Positions 19,229 to 28,991 are shown, counted from the first letter of the stretch. The stretch is 64,000 nt of DNA from an uncultured Gammaproteobacteria bacterium (GCA_965230895.1 OZ246394.1:313316-377315), one strand, 5' to 3'. Program-made: numbers and translations. The notes: a model not told the origin generated them from the letters alone.

Positions 19229-19669
19229 TTAATTATTGGTCTTTACTTGTGAAGCTATAACTTTTACAAGTATAGTTTGAAGTTGTTTCTGTTCGGTCTT
19301 TGTAAGTACTTTCAAAAGTTCGGGTTCGTATTCACTAAATGCCTGCGTTATTTTCGCACAAAGCTTTATGCCCTTTGCTGTAAGCGTAATCATTTTTTCT
19401 CGTCTATCCTTGGGATTCTCTTCCCTTTTTATATAGTCCTGGTGAAGTAATCGGTCAACAATCCCTGTTACATTTGAAGCATCGCAATGAAGGGTTGCTG
19501 AAAGTGTATTCATTGGGATTGAATTGTCAGAGTCTAAAAGGCATAGCGTATAAAGCTGCATAACAGTTAATCCATTCTTTTCAGCAAGATTCATTAAATT
19601 GTGCTTTGCCGCAATTGCTACACGAAATAACTGCCAATATAGATTGTCTTTAAAATTAGAGCTTGTCAT
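19229..19669 (-). CDS. MarR family transcriptional regulator
   Basis: wHTH pattern ...LTVMQLYTLCLL...IVDRLLHQDYIKREENPKDRREKMITLT. Divergent from the MFS gene. Confidence 0.75.
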   Translation of the reverse strand: MTSSNFKDNLYWQLFRVAIAAKHNLMNLAEKNGLTVMQLYTLCLLDSDNSIPMNTLSATLHCDASNVTGIVDRLLHQDYIKREENPKDRREKMITLTAKGIKLCAKITQAFSEYEPELLKVLTKTEQKQLQTILVKVIASQVKTNN

Positions 19670-19708
19670 AGTAATTATTATACGCCAAATCTCTTACAGA
19701 TTCAATAG

Positions 19709-19738
19709 TTGACAATATAAATAGTTAAGATCTATAAT
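19709..19738 (+). promoter_or_regulatory. Sigma-70-type promoter for the DHA2 MFS gene
   Basis: TTGACA (19709-19714), 18-nt spacer, perfect TATAAT (19733-19738), 21 nt before the ATG at 19760. Located in the MarR/MFS divergent region. Confidence 0.45.
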
Positions 19739-19759
19739 AGTTGATGTTCTAAACTAATT

Positions 19760-21178
19760 ATGAAAAACCTAAATAAAAAATCTCCTTGGCTTATTTTCTT
19801 CCTTGTAGCAGTAGCACAATTTATGGTTGTGCTGGATACTTCAATTACAAATGTCGCCTTACCTTCAATTGAAAAATCTCTAGACTTTACGCCAAGCGCA
19901 CTTCAATGGGTTGTCACAGCATATTCTTTAACTTTTGGTGGGTTCTTATTGTTTGGAGGAAGAGCTGCTGATCTTTTTGGACGAAGAAAAATGTTGTTGA
20001 TAGGTATGATCAGCTTTACGATATTTTCTTTATTAATTGGTCTTTCTCACTCAGCAACTATGTTAATTGTATTGCGAGCATTACAAGGTGCAGCTGCAGC
20101 ATTTATGTCTCCGGCTGCTCTTTCAATTGTCCTTACGACGTTCTCTGAAGGATCTGAAAGAAATAAAGCACTTGGTTTGTGGACTACCGTTGCAACCGGA
20201 GGAGCCGCAGTTGGTTTACTTTTAGGTGGTGTACTAACTGAGTATTTTGGTTGGGAATGGAACTTCTTTATTAATGTTCCAGTAGGAATATTGCTTGCGA
20301 TTGCTATTGCGAAATATGTTCCAAAGCTCGAAAAAGAAGTTACTCATCGACATATGGATATGCCTGGGGCTATACTTGTCACAAGTGGTTTAATTCTCCT
20401 TGTTTTTGCAATCAGCCAGGCACCACTGTGGGGCTTAACTGATATCAGAACTGTAAGCTCTGCTTTGTTAGCCATAGGATTATTAGTTGGATTTATCTTT
20501 AATGAATCACGCAGTAAGAATCCTCTCATGCCTCTATCAATCTTCAAAAGTCGTAATGTAGTTGGTGCGAATCTCATGATGGCGCCAGTAGCGGCGACGT
20601 TGTTTGGGATGTTTTATCTAACGTCGCTTTATATACAGACAATTTTGCATTTTTCATCTTTGACAGCTGGCTTTAGCTTCCTTCCTTTCCCGTTAATTTT
20701 AGGATTTATGTCTACACGGGTTCCAGGATGGGTTTCAAAATATGGATATAAAAGATTCTTAATTGCAGGTCCTTTGATTATTGCTTTAAGTTTACTGTGG
20801 TTGAGTAGACTTCCCGTCCATGGTAACTATTTTATAGACATTCTCCCTACAATATTATTAATGCCAATAGGTGTTGGTATGACCTTTATGCCAATCTTTG
20901 CAGCAGCGACGTCAGGTGTATCAAGTGATAGGTCTGGTCTTGCGTCTGGCCTGATTACAACTTCTCAGCAGATGGGTGGAGCACTTGGGTTGGCTATATT
21001 GTCCGGTGTGGCCGCTACTGTAACTGGTACGTCTACTGCTGCAAGCCAGTTGGTCTTTGGTTACGATCGAGCGTTCTCTGTCGCTATATTCTTTGTTCTG
21101 ATAGCTTCATTCATTGCTTTTCGAGTAGTAAGACAAACCCAACGTAGTTCACCATTACCTGTTGTTGCTGCGGAATAA
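19760..21178 (+). CDS. MFS transporter, DHA2 family
   Basis: VVLDTSITNVALPSIEKSL...LQWVVTAYSLTFGGFLLFGGRAADLFGRRK. Paralog of 55575..56990. Confidence 0.85.
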   Translation: MKNLNKKSPWLIFFLVAVAQFMVVLDTSITNVALPSIEKSLDFTPSALQWVVTAYSLTFGGFLLFGGRAADLFGRRKMLLIGMISFTIFSLLIGLSHSATMLIVLRALQGAAAAFMSPAALSIVLTTFSEGSERNKALGLWTTVATGGAAVGLLLGGVLTEYFGWEWNFFINVPVGILLAIAIAKYVPKLEKEVTHRHMDMPGAILVTSGLILLVFAISQAPLWGLTDIRTVSSALLAIGLLVGFIFNESRSKNPLMPLSIFKSRNVVGANLMMAPVAATLFGMFYLTSLYIQTILHFSSLTAGFSFLPFPLILGFMSTRVPGWVSKYGYKRFLIAGPLIIALSLLWLSRLPVHGNYFIDILPTILLMPIGVGMTFMPIFAAATSGVSSDRSGLASGLITTSQQMGGALGLAILSGVAATVTGTSTAASQLVFGYDRAFSVAIFFVLIASFIAFRVVRQTQRSSPLPVVAAE

Positions 21179-21183
21179 AGTAG

Positions 21184-21534
21184 TTACTTCTTATTGATTT
21201 CTTCGAGTCTCTGTCCAATCAATTGTTTCAATAATGCTTCAGAGATTGGCTGATTCAATGGAACCTTGATTGAGCCTTTCGCTGTTTCATACATTGTAAG
21301 CTGATCTTTCATCTTTTCAACGATTGATCCACTCATTGGATAAATTCCTATATGTTTTTCGTTGGCATTGAATCCGAGGAACGCTTTACCGTTTGTTTTC
21401 AATGCTGGCATGCCATAGGATAAAGCTTCTTCAGCATTTGGGACAATTTCATGTCCAATCTTTCTGATTCTTTCAAGCGCACTTTGCTTATCCAAATCAA
21501 CAGTTGTTATGTAATCATCTATTACTGACATCAT
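21184..21534 (-). CDS. DUF1801 domain protein
   Basis: ...SYGMPALKTNGKAFLGFNANEKHIGIYP... matches the DUF1801 consensus. Confidence 0.7.
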   Translation of the reverse strand: MMSVIDDYITTVDLDKQSALERIRKIGHEIVPNAEEALSYGMPALKTNGKAFLGFNANEKHIGIYPMSGSIVEKMKDQLTMYETAKGSIKVPLNQPISEALLKQLIGQRLEEINKK

Positions 21535-21555
21535 CTAAATATAGCAAGCTTCCAA

Positions 21556-21675
21556 TCACTTGAGAAGACCTGCCTCTTGTTCCACTTCGGTTATTACTTG
21601 TCCATATAAAAGTATTGCCCCACCCACAACAATTATTATGACTACTGCAATAATAAAAAGTTTTTTATTACTCAT
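21556..21675 (-). CDS. Possible small membrane peptide (39 aa)
   Basis: MSNKKLFIIAVVIIIVVGGAILLYGQVITEVEQEAGLLK found by manual translation. Below the ORF-track size cutoff. Confidence 0.25.
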   Translation of the reverse strand: MSNKKLFIIAVVIIIVVGGAILLYGQVITEVEQEAGLLK

Positions 21676-21678
21676 AGA

Positions 21679-22143
21679 TTATATCCATCGACGGACTTTT
21701 TTTGTATAGCGTGTCCATTCTTTCCCAAACTTTTTCTCAAGTTGTATCTCTTCTCTTTTGATCATTTGGTCGGTCAAATATATTCCCAATGTGGTAATCA
21801 CTAAAGCAAATGGTGATCCGAGTACTAAAGACGCACCGTAGAAAATAAATATATTGCCTCCAAGGTAGAGTGGGTTTCTTGAGAACTTGTACGGACCTTC
21901 TGTAAGGAGCTTCTTTTGTGGCTTCAGAGAGATAACCTTCATCTGACTCTTATAAAAATAATATGTAGCCCACACTCTGATCATGAAACCACTAAAAAGC
22001 AAAATGAAACCGATCGTAAATATTGTGGGATTAAGGAAATTTGTAGCTCTGAGTATTGAATCTATAAAAAGACCAACAAAGGCAACTATAAATCCTACAA
22101 ACAAAACACCAATGTTATGAATAATACTTTTAAAAAGGTTCAT
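21679..22143 (-). CDS. Isoprenylcysteine carboxyl methyltransferase (ICMT) family / phospholipid methyltransferase-like
   Basis: RNPLYLGG...EE..LEKKFGKEWTRYTKKVRRWI C-terminal signature. Four TM helices. Confidence 0.75.
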   Translation of the reverse strand: MNLFKSIIHNIGVLFVGFIVAFVGLFIDSILRATNFLNPTIFTIGFILLFSGFMIRVWATYYFYKSQMKVISLKPQKKLLTEGPYKFSRNPLYLGGNIFIFYGASLVLGSPFALVITTLGIYLTDQMIKREEIQLEKKFGKEWTRYTKKVRRWI

Positions 22144-22212
22144 GAGCAGTAACTCTAGTATACATCCTGAATTATGCTTTATACAATTCGCATTCCATGC
22201 TAAGATTAGCGT

Positions 22213-22749
22213 ATGAAATATGTAGCGCTTCTCCGTGGGATTAATGTTGGTGGCAATAATCGTGTAAGTATGAAGGAACTAAAAGCTGCTTTTGAGGAAA
22301 TGGGTCATACTGAAGTCCTCACGTATATAAATAGTGGTAATGTGATTTTTTCTTCAGATAAGAAAGACAAGAAAAGTATTGTGGATGAGCTTGAATCGAT
22401 GCTTACTAAAAAGTTTCATTACACCGCTCGAGTCGTTGTAAAATCGCAAGATGAGATAGAAAGGATCAAGTCAGAAATTCCAAAAGCATGGGACACTGAT
22501 CCCAATATTAGATGTTATGTAGGGTTCCTTTCAGAGTATGCAACTGATGATGATATTAAAGAAATTAAACTTCGCGAAGATGTTGATGAAATGAAAGTGA
22601 GCAAGGGAGTCTTGTTGATGACGACACAATTAAGTGGTTTGACGAAGAGTGGATTTAGCAAGATGACTGCCATAAGAATCTATAAGGAAATGACGATGAG
22701 AAATTACAATACGACGAAAAAGATTTTTGCGTTAATGGGATTAGTTTAA
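22213..22749 (+). CDS. DUF1697 domain protein
   Basis: ALLRGINVGGNNRVSMKELK N-terminal signature. Confidence 0.75.
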   Translation: MKYVALLRGINVGGNNRVSMKELKAAFEEMGHTEVLTYINSGNVIFSSDKKDKKSIVDELESMLTKKFHYTARVVVKSQDEIERIKSEIPKAWDTDPNIRCYVGFLSEYATDDDIKEIKLREDVDEMKVSKGVLLMTTQLSGLTKSGFSKMTAIRIYKEMTMRNYNTTKKIFALMGLV

Positions 22750-22756
22750 AAGAGTG

Positions 22757-23056
22757 TTATTTCTTTACTGATGTTCCATCAAGGATGAGAGTGTCGGACG
22801 GATCACTATGCACCCCATCTGACCCTACGTGTTTATCACTAATTTTTGCACCGGATTTAATAACATGAACGAGCGCCATTGCATGACCGTGACCTAATTC
22901 AAAATCTTCTTTAAGCCATGCAACTATTTCTCCCGACTTTGTTTTCTCATCAAATCCTTTCTCTTTTGCAAGTGCGATAAAATCATTTGGGGTTTTGCCA
23001 GTCTTTAATTGGATGTTATCAAGATACGCTTGGAATGACATACTATTATGCTGCAA
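22757..23056 (-). CDS. DUF4287 domain protein
   Basis: MSFQAYLDNIQLKTGKTPNDFIALAKEKGF...HGHAMALV. Confidence 0.65.
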   Translation of the reverse strand: MQHNSMSFQAYLDNIQLKTGKTPNDFIALAKEKGFDEKTKSGEIVAWLKEDFELGHGHAMALVHVIKSGAKISDKHVGSDGVHSDPSDTLILDGTSVKK

Positions 23057-23843
23057 AAAACTCTTTTATAAGAGGAACTATTATTTCTGGTTTAACTTCG
23101 TGCGTTTGCCCTTCAAGAATTTTGTAAGTAGATTGCGGTACTGCATCTGCAAGCACTTTTGCACCACGGTGCATAATTTCAGGACTCGCTCCTCCAGCTG
23201 CTACAAGTGTAGGGATATGAATTGATGAAGCTTCAGTTGGGAGAGCTGCATTTCTTCCCATCACAGCATTATCATATGCCATTGTTGGGGCAAGTGCTAC
23301 CATGCCTGACCACATTGGGGATTGCTTCATCCCTTCAAACATTCCTTCAGGGAACTGTAACGCTCTGGCAATTCGACCCATAAAGAATGTTGCGGCTGCA
23401 TCTTTATCACCTCGAGCCAGTGCCTCATCAACCGCATTACTTACTTCAGATGCGTCATCCTGATCTCTTTGTTCAGTCATCAAAGGAGGTTCATAGAGTA
23501 CCAATCCTTTTACTTTATTACCGAGGTTATGTGCTGCTTTTAATGCAAGTATTGCTCCCGATGAGAACCCGACTAAATATGCTTCTCCTCCAGCATCTTC
23601 AATAAGCGCTTCGATATCTTCAATTTCCCGTTCTACTGCATACGGTTGCGTGTCACCGCTTTCCCCTCTTCCACGACGGTCATATGCATAAACTGTAAAA
23701 TTATCTTTAAGTAATTCAGCAAATTTGAATGAGACTTGAGAAGCTCTATATACCATTGCTCCATCGACAATAATTATTGCAGGGCCACTTCCTATCTTGT
23801 CGTAACCAATTTGTGTGGAATCTTTTGAAGTAACAAATGCCAT
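23046..23843 (-). CDS. Alpha/beta hydrolase
   Basis: GFSSGAIL nucleophile elbow (GxSxG), HGxx oxyanion region VYAYDRRGRG, C-terminal His. Confidence 0.75.
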   Translation of the reverse strand: MAFVTSKDSTQIGYDKIGSGPAIIIVDGAMVYRASQVSFKFAELLKDNFTVYAYDRRGRGESGDTQPYAVEREIEDIEALIEDAGGEAYLVGFSSGAILALKAAHNLGNKVKGLVLYEPPLMTEQRDQDDASEVSNAVDEALARGDKDAAATFFMGRIARALQFPEGMFEGMKQSPMWSGMVALAPTMAYDNAVMGRNAALPTEASSIHIPTLVAAGGASPEIMHRGAKVLADAVPQSTYKILEGQTHEVKPEIIVPLIKEFFAA

Positions 23844-23900
23844 AAAGTTTAGAATATTATTATAAAATATATTGTTAAAGTTTGCGTAAGAAACTCTTGT

Positions 23901-24527
23901 TTAACTGTTAATTACGCTAAGTAAATCTTTGGGATGATCAATAAGAAAGTTAGGGTGATGTTTTTCCAATCCCGCTTTAATATTAAATCCCCATGATACA
24001 GAGATGATTTTTACCCCAACTTTTTTACAAGCCTGGATATCTCGGATTTCATCTCCAATATAAAATGCATCGTCTTTATTGATATGATGTTGTTTGAAGA
24101 AATTTTGAAGTACTTTATCTTTTCCAAATATCCCAGCATCGCTATAAATATAATCAAACACATCGATAGCATGCTTCTTTATAAATGTTTCAACATTCGC
24201 TCTGCCGTTTGATGTGATTATTCCAAGAGTATGTCCTTGCTTTTTTAATGTATGTAATACCTCTGGTAATCCTTTAAACGGATGCATGGTTTGGATTTCT
24301 TTTTGCTGAAAAGTTTTCATGTCATGGGCGATGAATGGCAATTTATAAAAAGGAATTTTTAGCTGCTTAATAAGCGTCCTCGCATCTTCAGTTCGTAGTG
24401 TTTCCAGTTCTTCTAAAGATAAATTCTGAAATTTATGTTTGATTGCGAGTTTGCCGACAATACCGAGAAAACTCTCGTACGAATCAGCAATTGTTCCATC
24501 AAAATCAAAAAGAAGTACTTTATTCAT
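23901..24527 (-). CDS. HAD-superfamily hydrolase (phosphoglycolate phosphatase-like)
   Basis: LLFDFDGTIADS motif I, ITSNG motif II, GDEIRD motif IV. Confidence 0.8.
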   Translation of the reverse strand: MNKVLLFDFDGTIADSYESFLGIVGKLAIKHKFQNLSLEELETLRTEDARTLIKQLKIPFYKLPFIAHDMKTFQQKEIQTMHPFKGLPEVLHTLKKQGHTLGIITSNGRANVETFIKKHAIDVFDYIYSDAGIFGKDKVLQNFFKQHHINKDDAFYIGDEIRDIQACKKVGVKIISVSWGFNIKAGLEKHHPNFLIDHPKDLLSVINS

Positions 24528-24957
24528 CGACGTTTTCTATAAATGCATCAATTGTTTTATAGAATTCACTAAAGATCATATAGAGGCTTTCAGCTTCTTT
24601 TTGTTCTCCAATAAGAATGCATCTTTTACCCATTCCATATGCGGCGCCGGCTTCCACATGCGCAGATTTACCTGCTGGAAGTAACAGGATAAGAGACTCA
24701 GATTCTTTCAATGCATTCATATCGACATCAAAGATTTCTTTTACTCTTGGATCTGTAGTCCAATCTGGAATACTTTCAAATTTCTGCATGAACTCTTCGG
24801 GTGTGTGCTTCTCTTCGAAATCTTTCAATGCATATTCAGTCCCATCCCCTTCGATAAAGCAGTATACAGATTTTCCTTTAGCACGGAGTTTCTCTGTAAG
24901 TTCAAGTACTGTCTCTTTATTTCTCCAACGGGAAGCAATGAAGTATTGATATTTCAT
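24520..24957 (-). CDS. Nucleoside 2-deoxyribosyltransferase-like protein
   Basis: ...LLLPAGKSAHVEAGAAYGMGKRCILIG resembles the sgTafEiGyAyalGKpV catalytic-Glu region. Confidence 0.55.
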   Translation of the reverse strand: MKYQYFIASRWRNKETVLELTEKLRAKGKSVYCFIEGDGTEYALKDFEEKHTPEEFMQKFESIPDWTTDPRVKEIFDVDMNALKESESLILLLPAGKSAHVEAGAAYGMGKRCILIGEQKEAESLYMIFSEFYKTIDAFIENVDE

Positions 24958-25016
24958 AAAAGAAGTATAGCAAGTTTGAAGAAATTATGCTGAGGTCAGC
25001 CAAGGAAGAAAAGTAT

Positions 25017-25049
25017 ACACCTTCCGGATGGGATGCACCCGGAAGGTGT
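25017..25049 (-). terminator. Rho-independent terminator downstream of the GlsB/YeaQ gene
   Basis: Perfect 11-bp stem (ACACCTTCCGG / CCGGAAGGTGT) with an 11-nt loop, followed on the minus strand by a U-rich ATACTTTTCTTCC tract. The GlsB stop is at 25059. Confidence 0.55.
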
Positions 25050-25058
25050 GATTATTGG

Positions 25059-25322
25059 TTAAGCTTTTCGTCCTGTGATAAGCTTCCAAATAAAAATAGC
25101 GATACAAGCGCCGGCAATACCGACAATAATTCCTGGCAGACTAAAGCCATTGTCTGTTGGTGAAGCTGGAGCAATAAATCCAAGTACGAGTGTACCAAGA
25201 TAACCCCCAACTATACCAACGATGACGTTTGCGATCCAACCCATTTGTTCATCTGTGTGCATGATTTTGGATGCAATCCAGCCAATAAGACCTGCGAGTA
25301 TTAATGTAATTATTAATCCCAT
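25059..25322 (-). CDS. GlsB/YeaQ/YmgE family stress-response membrane protein
   Basis: MGLIITLILAGLIGWIASKIM... with three G-rich TM helices. Confidence 0.85.
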   Translation of the reverse strand: MGLIITLILAGLIGWIASKIMHTDEQMGWIANVIVGIVGGYLGTLVLGFIAPASPTDNGFSLPGIIVGIAGACIAIFIWKLITGRKA

Positions 25323-25428
25323 ACTTTCACCTCCTTTAAAGAGTTTAAGTTAAACTCTACAATGAGTATAAAGCTCTTCTGTAAGGCGAATGTAAAAAAT
25401 CAATGTGGAGTTTGAAACAAAAGAAGTA

Positions 25429-25779
25429 TTATTTTGCAGTTTGTTTATTGAAATTAAGCGCAAGATCAATCCAATATTGAAGGTTTTCATTTCCCTTAAT
25501 GGCATCCTCAGTTAGGAAGATCCACCCTGTCATTGGTTTGCCTCGCATAATTGCTACATTCGCCCCTTTTCTTTGTAGTGCTTTTTCTTGGAGCTCTGGA
25601 TCAATATGTACCATCATTTGATGATCTGGACGATTATTTACTGTAAGAGTCATTTTGCCATTCACCATAAATGCTAAGCCTCCAAATATACGTTTCTCTT
25701 CGACATTAGTTAGCTTAGAAATACTTTTTCTTATGCGTTCTGCAAGATGTTCATCATATGCCATAGCAATATTATACAT
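25429..25779 (-). CDS. TfoX N-terminal domain-like protein
   Basis: ...RIFGGLAFMVNGKM... pattern. Confidence 0.5.
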   Translation of the reverse strand: MYNIAMAYDEHLAERIRKSISKLTNVEEKRIFGGLAFMVNGKMTLTVNNRPDHQMMVHIDPELQEKALQRKGANVAIMRGKPMTGWIFLTEDAIKGNENLQYWIDLALNFNKQTAK

Positions 25780-25787
25780 GTTTCATA

Positions 25788-26189
25788 CTAGAGAAACTTC
25801 TTTGCAAACATATCTGCTGCTTCTTCCTGGTAGTCAATTTCTGATTGTGTCTGCTCGACTCCAATTGAATTTCTATGATTTAAAACGACATGTCCAATTT
25901 CATGGAGAATTGTGTAATTAATTTGTGATATATCTTGTCTGAATAATTCTTCAGATAGAAAAACAAGGTGACGGTTCTTGATATCTTCGCCTCGAAATGT
26001 AAAAGCCCATGCATCTTCTGGGGAAGAAATAAACCATACAGTTGTACACACTTGTTCTACATAGTTTGGAGGCAGGAAAAGTATGGTTTTACAGACCATT
26101 TCGCGCATATATACGCTTCCAATCAGTTTTCCTCCGAGGGCTGTTCTCACTGATGCTAGTGTCCATTTCATATCAGCAAATAATAGCAT
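25788..26189 (-). CDS. ImmA/IrrE-like metallopeptidase-domain protein
   Basis: ILHEIGHVVLNH HExxH motif. Confidence 0.45.
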   Translation of the reverse strand: MLLFADMKWTLASVRTALGGKLIGSVYMREMVCKTILFLPPNYVEQVCTTVWFISSPEDAWAFTFRGEDIKNRHLVFLSEELFRQDISQINYTILHEIGHVVLNHRNSIGVEQTQSEIDYQEEAADMFAKKFL

Positions 26190-26239
26190 GTTTGATTATG
26201 TCTGTAAAAAAATTAGTTTTTCATGTATGCTAGAGATGT

Positions 26240-26593
26240 ATGGAAATAAAACAAATCGCCGAAGCATTTTCAAAACATGACTTCAAATCTACATACAAAC
26301 ATATTGATGAAGATGTCATCTGGCATCTTATCGGCGGCGATGATTTGAAAGGAAAAGAAGCTGTTCTAAAAGCTTGTGACACATCTGCAGAATATCTTGC
26401 AAACGTAGAGACAACCTTTCTTAAGTTCAAAACCTTTGTTAGTGACAATACAATCATTATTGATAGTATGGCTGACTATGTAGAAGAAAATGGTGAGAAA
26501 TCTACAGTTTCATCTTGTGATATCTATGAGTTCGAAGACGGCAAATTAAAACAAATAACTTCATATACAATTGAGCTTCAACAGAGTAAATAG
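26240..26593 (+). CDS. NTF2/SnoaL-like fold protein
   Basis: Size and alpha+beta pattern only. Weak. Confidence 0.45.
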   Translation: MEIKQIAEAFSKHDFKSTYKHIDEDVIWHLIGGDDLKGKEAVLKACDTSAEYLANVETTFLKFKTFVSDNTIIIDSMADYVEENGEKSTVSSCDIYEFEDGKLKQITSYTIELQQSK

Positions 26594-26609
26594 AGTATTT
26601 GCGCATCTA

Positions 26610-26975
26610 TTATTTATTGAGATAAGACGCAATTGCATTTAAAAGATCATCCATCTCTATTGGTTTGGCAAGGAATGTATCTGCTTTACATTCCAGCATT
26701 GACTTCTCGGCATTTGGGTGCGCGGATATCATAATGATAGGAATGAGTTTTGTTATTTTTGCTTCTTTTAATTTTTTACAAATGTGTCTTCCATCCATAC
26801 CGGATAAATAGACATCTAGAATAATAAGAGTTGGTTTATTTTTTGGAGTAATCTTACTAAGCGTTTCGTAACTATTTGAAATCTGGACGTCATACCCTTC
26901 ACTTTCGAGCATAAATTGCATCGCTTCAAGGATGTCCATATCATCATCTATGATAAGAATTGTTTGCTTTTCCAT
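26610..26975 (-). CDS. Stand-alone response-regulator receiver (partner of the upstream PAS kinase)
   Basis: TILIIDDDMDILEAM...LIILDVYLSGMDGRHICKKLK...MISAH. Nine nucleotides downstream of the kinase. Confidence 0.85.
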   Translation of the reverse strand: MEKQTILIIDDDMDILEAMQFMLESEGYDVQISNSYETLSKITPKNKPTLIILDVYLSGMDGRHICKKLKEAKITKLIPIIMISAHPNAEKSMLECKADTFLAKPIEMDDLLNAIASYLNK

Positions 26976-26984
26976 AATGAAGTC

Positions 26985-28589
26985 TTAAGCAAGTGGAAGT
27001 GAAAAATAAAATGTTGAACCCTTGCCTTTTTCACTTTTTACCCACATTTTGCCACCATGATGCTCGATAATTTGATTCGAGATATATAACCCCATTCCCA
27101 AACCAGGATATGTTTTTGCTGTCGGATCAGTTACTTGATAAAACCTATCAAAAACATGTTTTTGTTTGTCTTTATCGATACCGATCCCCTCATCTTTCAC
27201 ACTTAAAATAGCTGACTTATCTGATATTTTAAGTCCAACTTTAATTGTACTTTTTTGTGGGGAATATTTCATAGCATTTGTAAAAAGATTAATGATAACT
27301 TGTTCTATCCTATCAGGATCTCCACTTACATTGATTATACCTTTATCTCTATATGGATATGTGTGCCCGGTTCTGACATTATTGAAATCTTCAATAATGT
27401 TTTTTACTAAATTATTAATATCAAAAGCAGTTTTACGTACCTCCAATTTGCCTGCATAAATACGACTTACATCCAAAAGCTCATTTACCAGGCGCGTCAA
27501 TTTCTTAATTTGTATGTTAACTTTGGCCATGCTATTGGCTGCTGTTTCGTCGCTCCGCTTTTCAAAGTGTCGTTGTAAAGCTTGCACATTCATCTTCATA
27601 CTTGTAATTGGTGTCTTAAGTTCGTGACTTGCCATGGAGATAAAGTCATCTTTCCGAAGTTCTGTTTGTTTTCGTTCTGTAATATTAATATGAGCAACAA
27701 CAACTCCTTGGTCATCATGTCTGAGAGGTGTTACTTGTAAAAGAAACCATAATTCTTCATGGGGGGTGAAGCATGGATACTCTAAAGAAAAATGAGGAAT
27801 TTTTCCTTCCATAACATTTTTAATTCCTTCGTATGCAAGAGGTGCTTCTTCTGCCATATCTCCTTTCGCGTGCTTTAACACAGAAAGGTAATTCTGACCT
27901 TCGTATGTTTCATTGACTGAAGAATTTGATTGTCCTCGTGCAAAATTAATCCATGCTTCATTGACATCGATAATGACGCCATGTTTATCGAGAACAGCGA
28001 TATGTGCATTAAGAGAGTTAATCATTGCTTTGGTAAGGGCTTGACTATGCTTTGTAGCTTTCTCAGCACCTTTTCTTTCTGTTATGTCCTCAATTGCGAG
28101 AAGGACACGTTGTTGTCCACTGCCTTTTAATTCCACTTGTCGAGCATTGAGTACCATTATCCGTTTTCCAATAGTTGGGAAATTATGCTCTACCTCGAAT
28201 CCTTCGAAAGGGTTTTGTGTAGGAAGTACCTTCTCGAGAAGCTCTTTCAATCGCGGGATATTCCATTGTTTGTTTCCAAGTTGATACAATTTTTTCCCTT
28301 CAGTATCTTTTGGTTTTACTTTAAACGTTTTGTAGAAAAACTTATTGGCTGAAATAACGTGAATCTTTTCATCGAGAACAACAAGTGGTTGACGGATTGT
28401 TTCCACAATACTTTCAAGGTACTCTTTGGTTTCGTTCAATTCTAAAGTACTTTGCCTCACCCTCTCAGTAAGTAATTCTTTTTCCTTTACAAGCTCATCT
28501 TCGGTATGCTTTCTTTTGGTTATATCCAATTGATTACCTGAGAAGTAAGCAATTTTCCCTGAAGCGTCTTTGATTGGAGACATAAGCAA
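26985..28589 (-). CDS. PAS-domain sensor histidine kinase (C-terminal 534-aa part, soluble)
   Basis: PAS repeats, HisKA SHELKTPITSMKMN, HATPase GLGMGLYISNQIIEHHGGKMWVKSEKGKGSTFYFSLP. The ORF-track start is TTG. In frame with 28596..28949 across a single TGA. Confidence 0.85.
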   Translation of the reverse strand: MLMSPIKDASGKIAYFSGNQLDITKRKHTEDELVKEKELLTERVRQSTLELNETKEYLESIVETIRQPLVVLDEKIHVISANKFFYKTFKVKPKDTEGKKLYQLGNKQWNIPRLKELLEKVLPTQNPFEGFEVEHNFPTIGKRIMVLNARQVELKGSGQQRVLLAIEDITERKGAEKATKHSQALTKAMINSLNAHIAVLDKHGVIIDVNEAWINFARGQSNSSVNETYEGQNYLSVLKHAKGDMAEEAPLAYEGIKNVMEGKIPHFSLEYPCFTPHEELWFLLQVTPLRHDDQGVVVAHINITERKQTELRKDDFISMASHELKTPITSMKMNVQALQRHFEKRSDETAANSMAKVNIQIKKLTRLVNELLDVSRIYAGKLEVRKTAFDINNLVKNIIEDFNNVRTGHTYPYRDKGIINVSGDPDRIEQVIINLFTNAMKYSPQKSTIKVGLKISDKSAILSVKDEGIGIDKDKQKHVFDRFYQVTDPTAKTYPGLGMGLYISNQIIEHHGGKMWVKSEKGKGSTFYFSLPLA

Positions 28590-28595
28590 ATCATT

Positions 28596-28949
28596 TCAGA
28601 ACATCTCACCATTCTTACGATAATTTTTAATCTGCAAATGGACTGCTTTTCCTTTTTCAACTGCTTCTTTTAATGCGAACCGTGCTTCTTGATTTCGTTC
28701 TTTTCCTTGAAGGAATCGACAATTTCTTCCGAGCACCTCTCCTTCCGTATATCCTGTAAGTTTCAAAAAGGCTTTATTACAGTAAATGATCGGTTCGTCG
28801 GGCTGCTGATGATCAGTGATAATAATGCCATTTCTCGCATGTTCTATCGCGCGGAAAATAATTTTGAGTTTATCTTTTTCAAAGTTACTATTTTTAAGTT
28901 TTTCTACTTGCGTGGGTGTTAGGGTTGTTTGTCTCGTTTGCATAAGCAA
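28596..28949 (-). CDS. PAS-domain fragment (N-terminal part of the kinase, ends at an in-frame TGA)
   Basis: ...IIITDHQQPDEPIIYCNKAFLKLTGYTEGEVLGRNCRFLQG...KNYRKNGEMF then TGA. The downstream frame continues NDLLMSPIKD..., which is the rest of the same PAS fold. Confidence 0.6.
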   Translation of the reverse strand: MLMQTRQTTLTPTQVEKLKNSNFEKDKLKIIFRAIEHARNGIIITDHQQPDEPIIYCNKAFLKLTGYTEGEVLGRNCRFLQGKERNQEARFALKEAVEKGKAVHLQIKNYRKNGEMF

Positions 28950-28991
28950 TTGAGCTAGAATAGCAGAAAACGCAGAAAAAAGAAACTTTTG

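Noticed and set aside
28596-28598. Alternative genetic code (UGA=Trp code 4, or UGA=Gly code 25) as the explanation for the in-frame TGA in the kinase
   Set aside because: TGA terminates other genes here, with a further stop within 1-10 codons. Examples are 8024-8026 in an ATGA overlap with tspO, 16151-16153 and 7593-7595. Trp is encoded by TGG throughout, and nearly all long genes are intact under the standard code. So the organism uses the standard code and the kinase TGA is a mutation, error or split gene.
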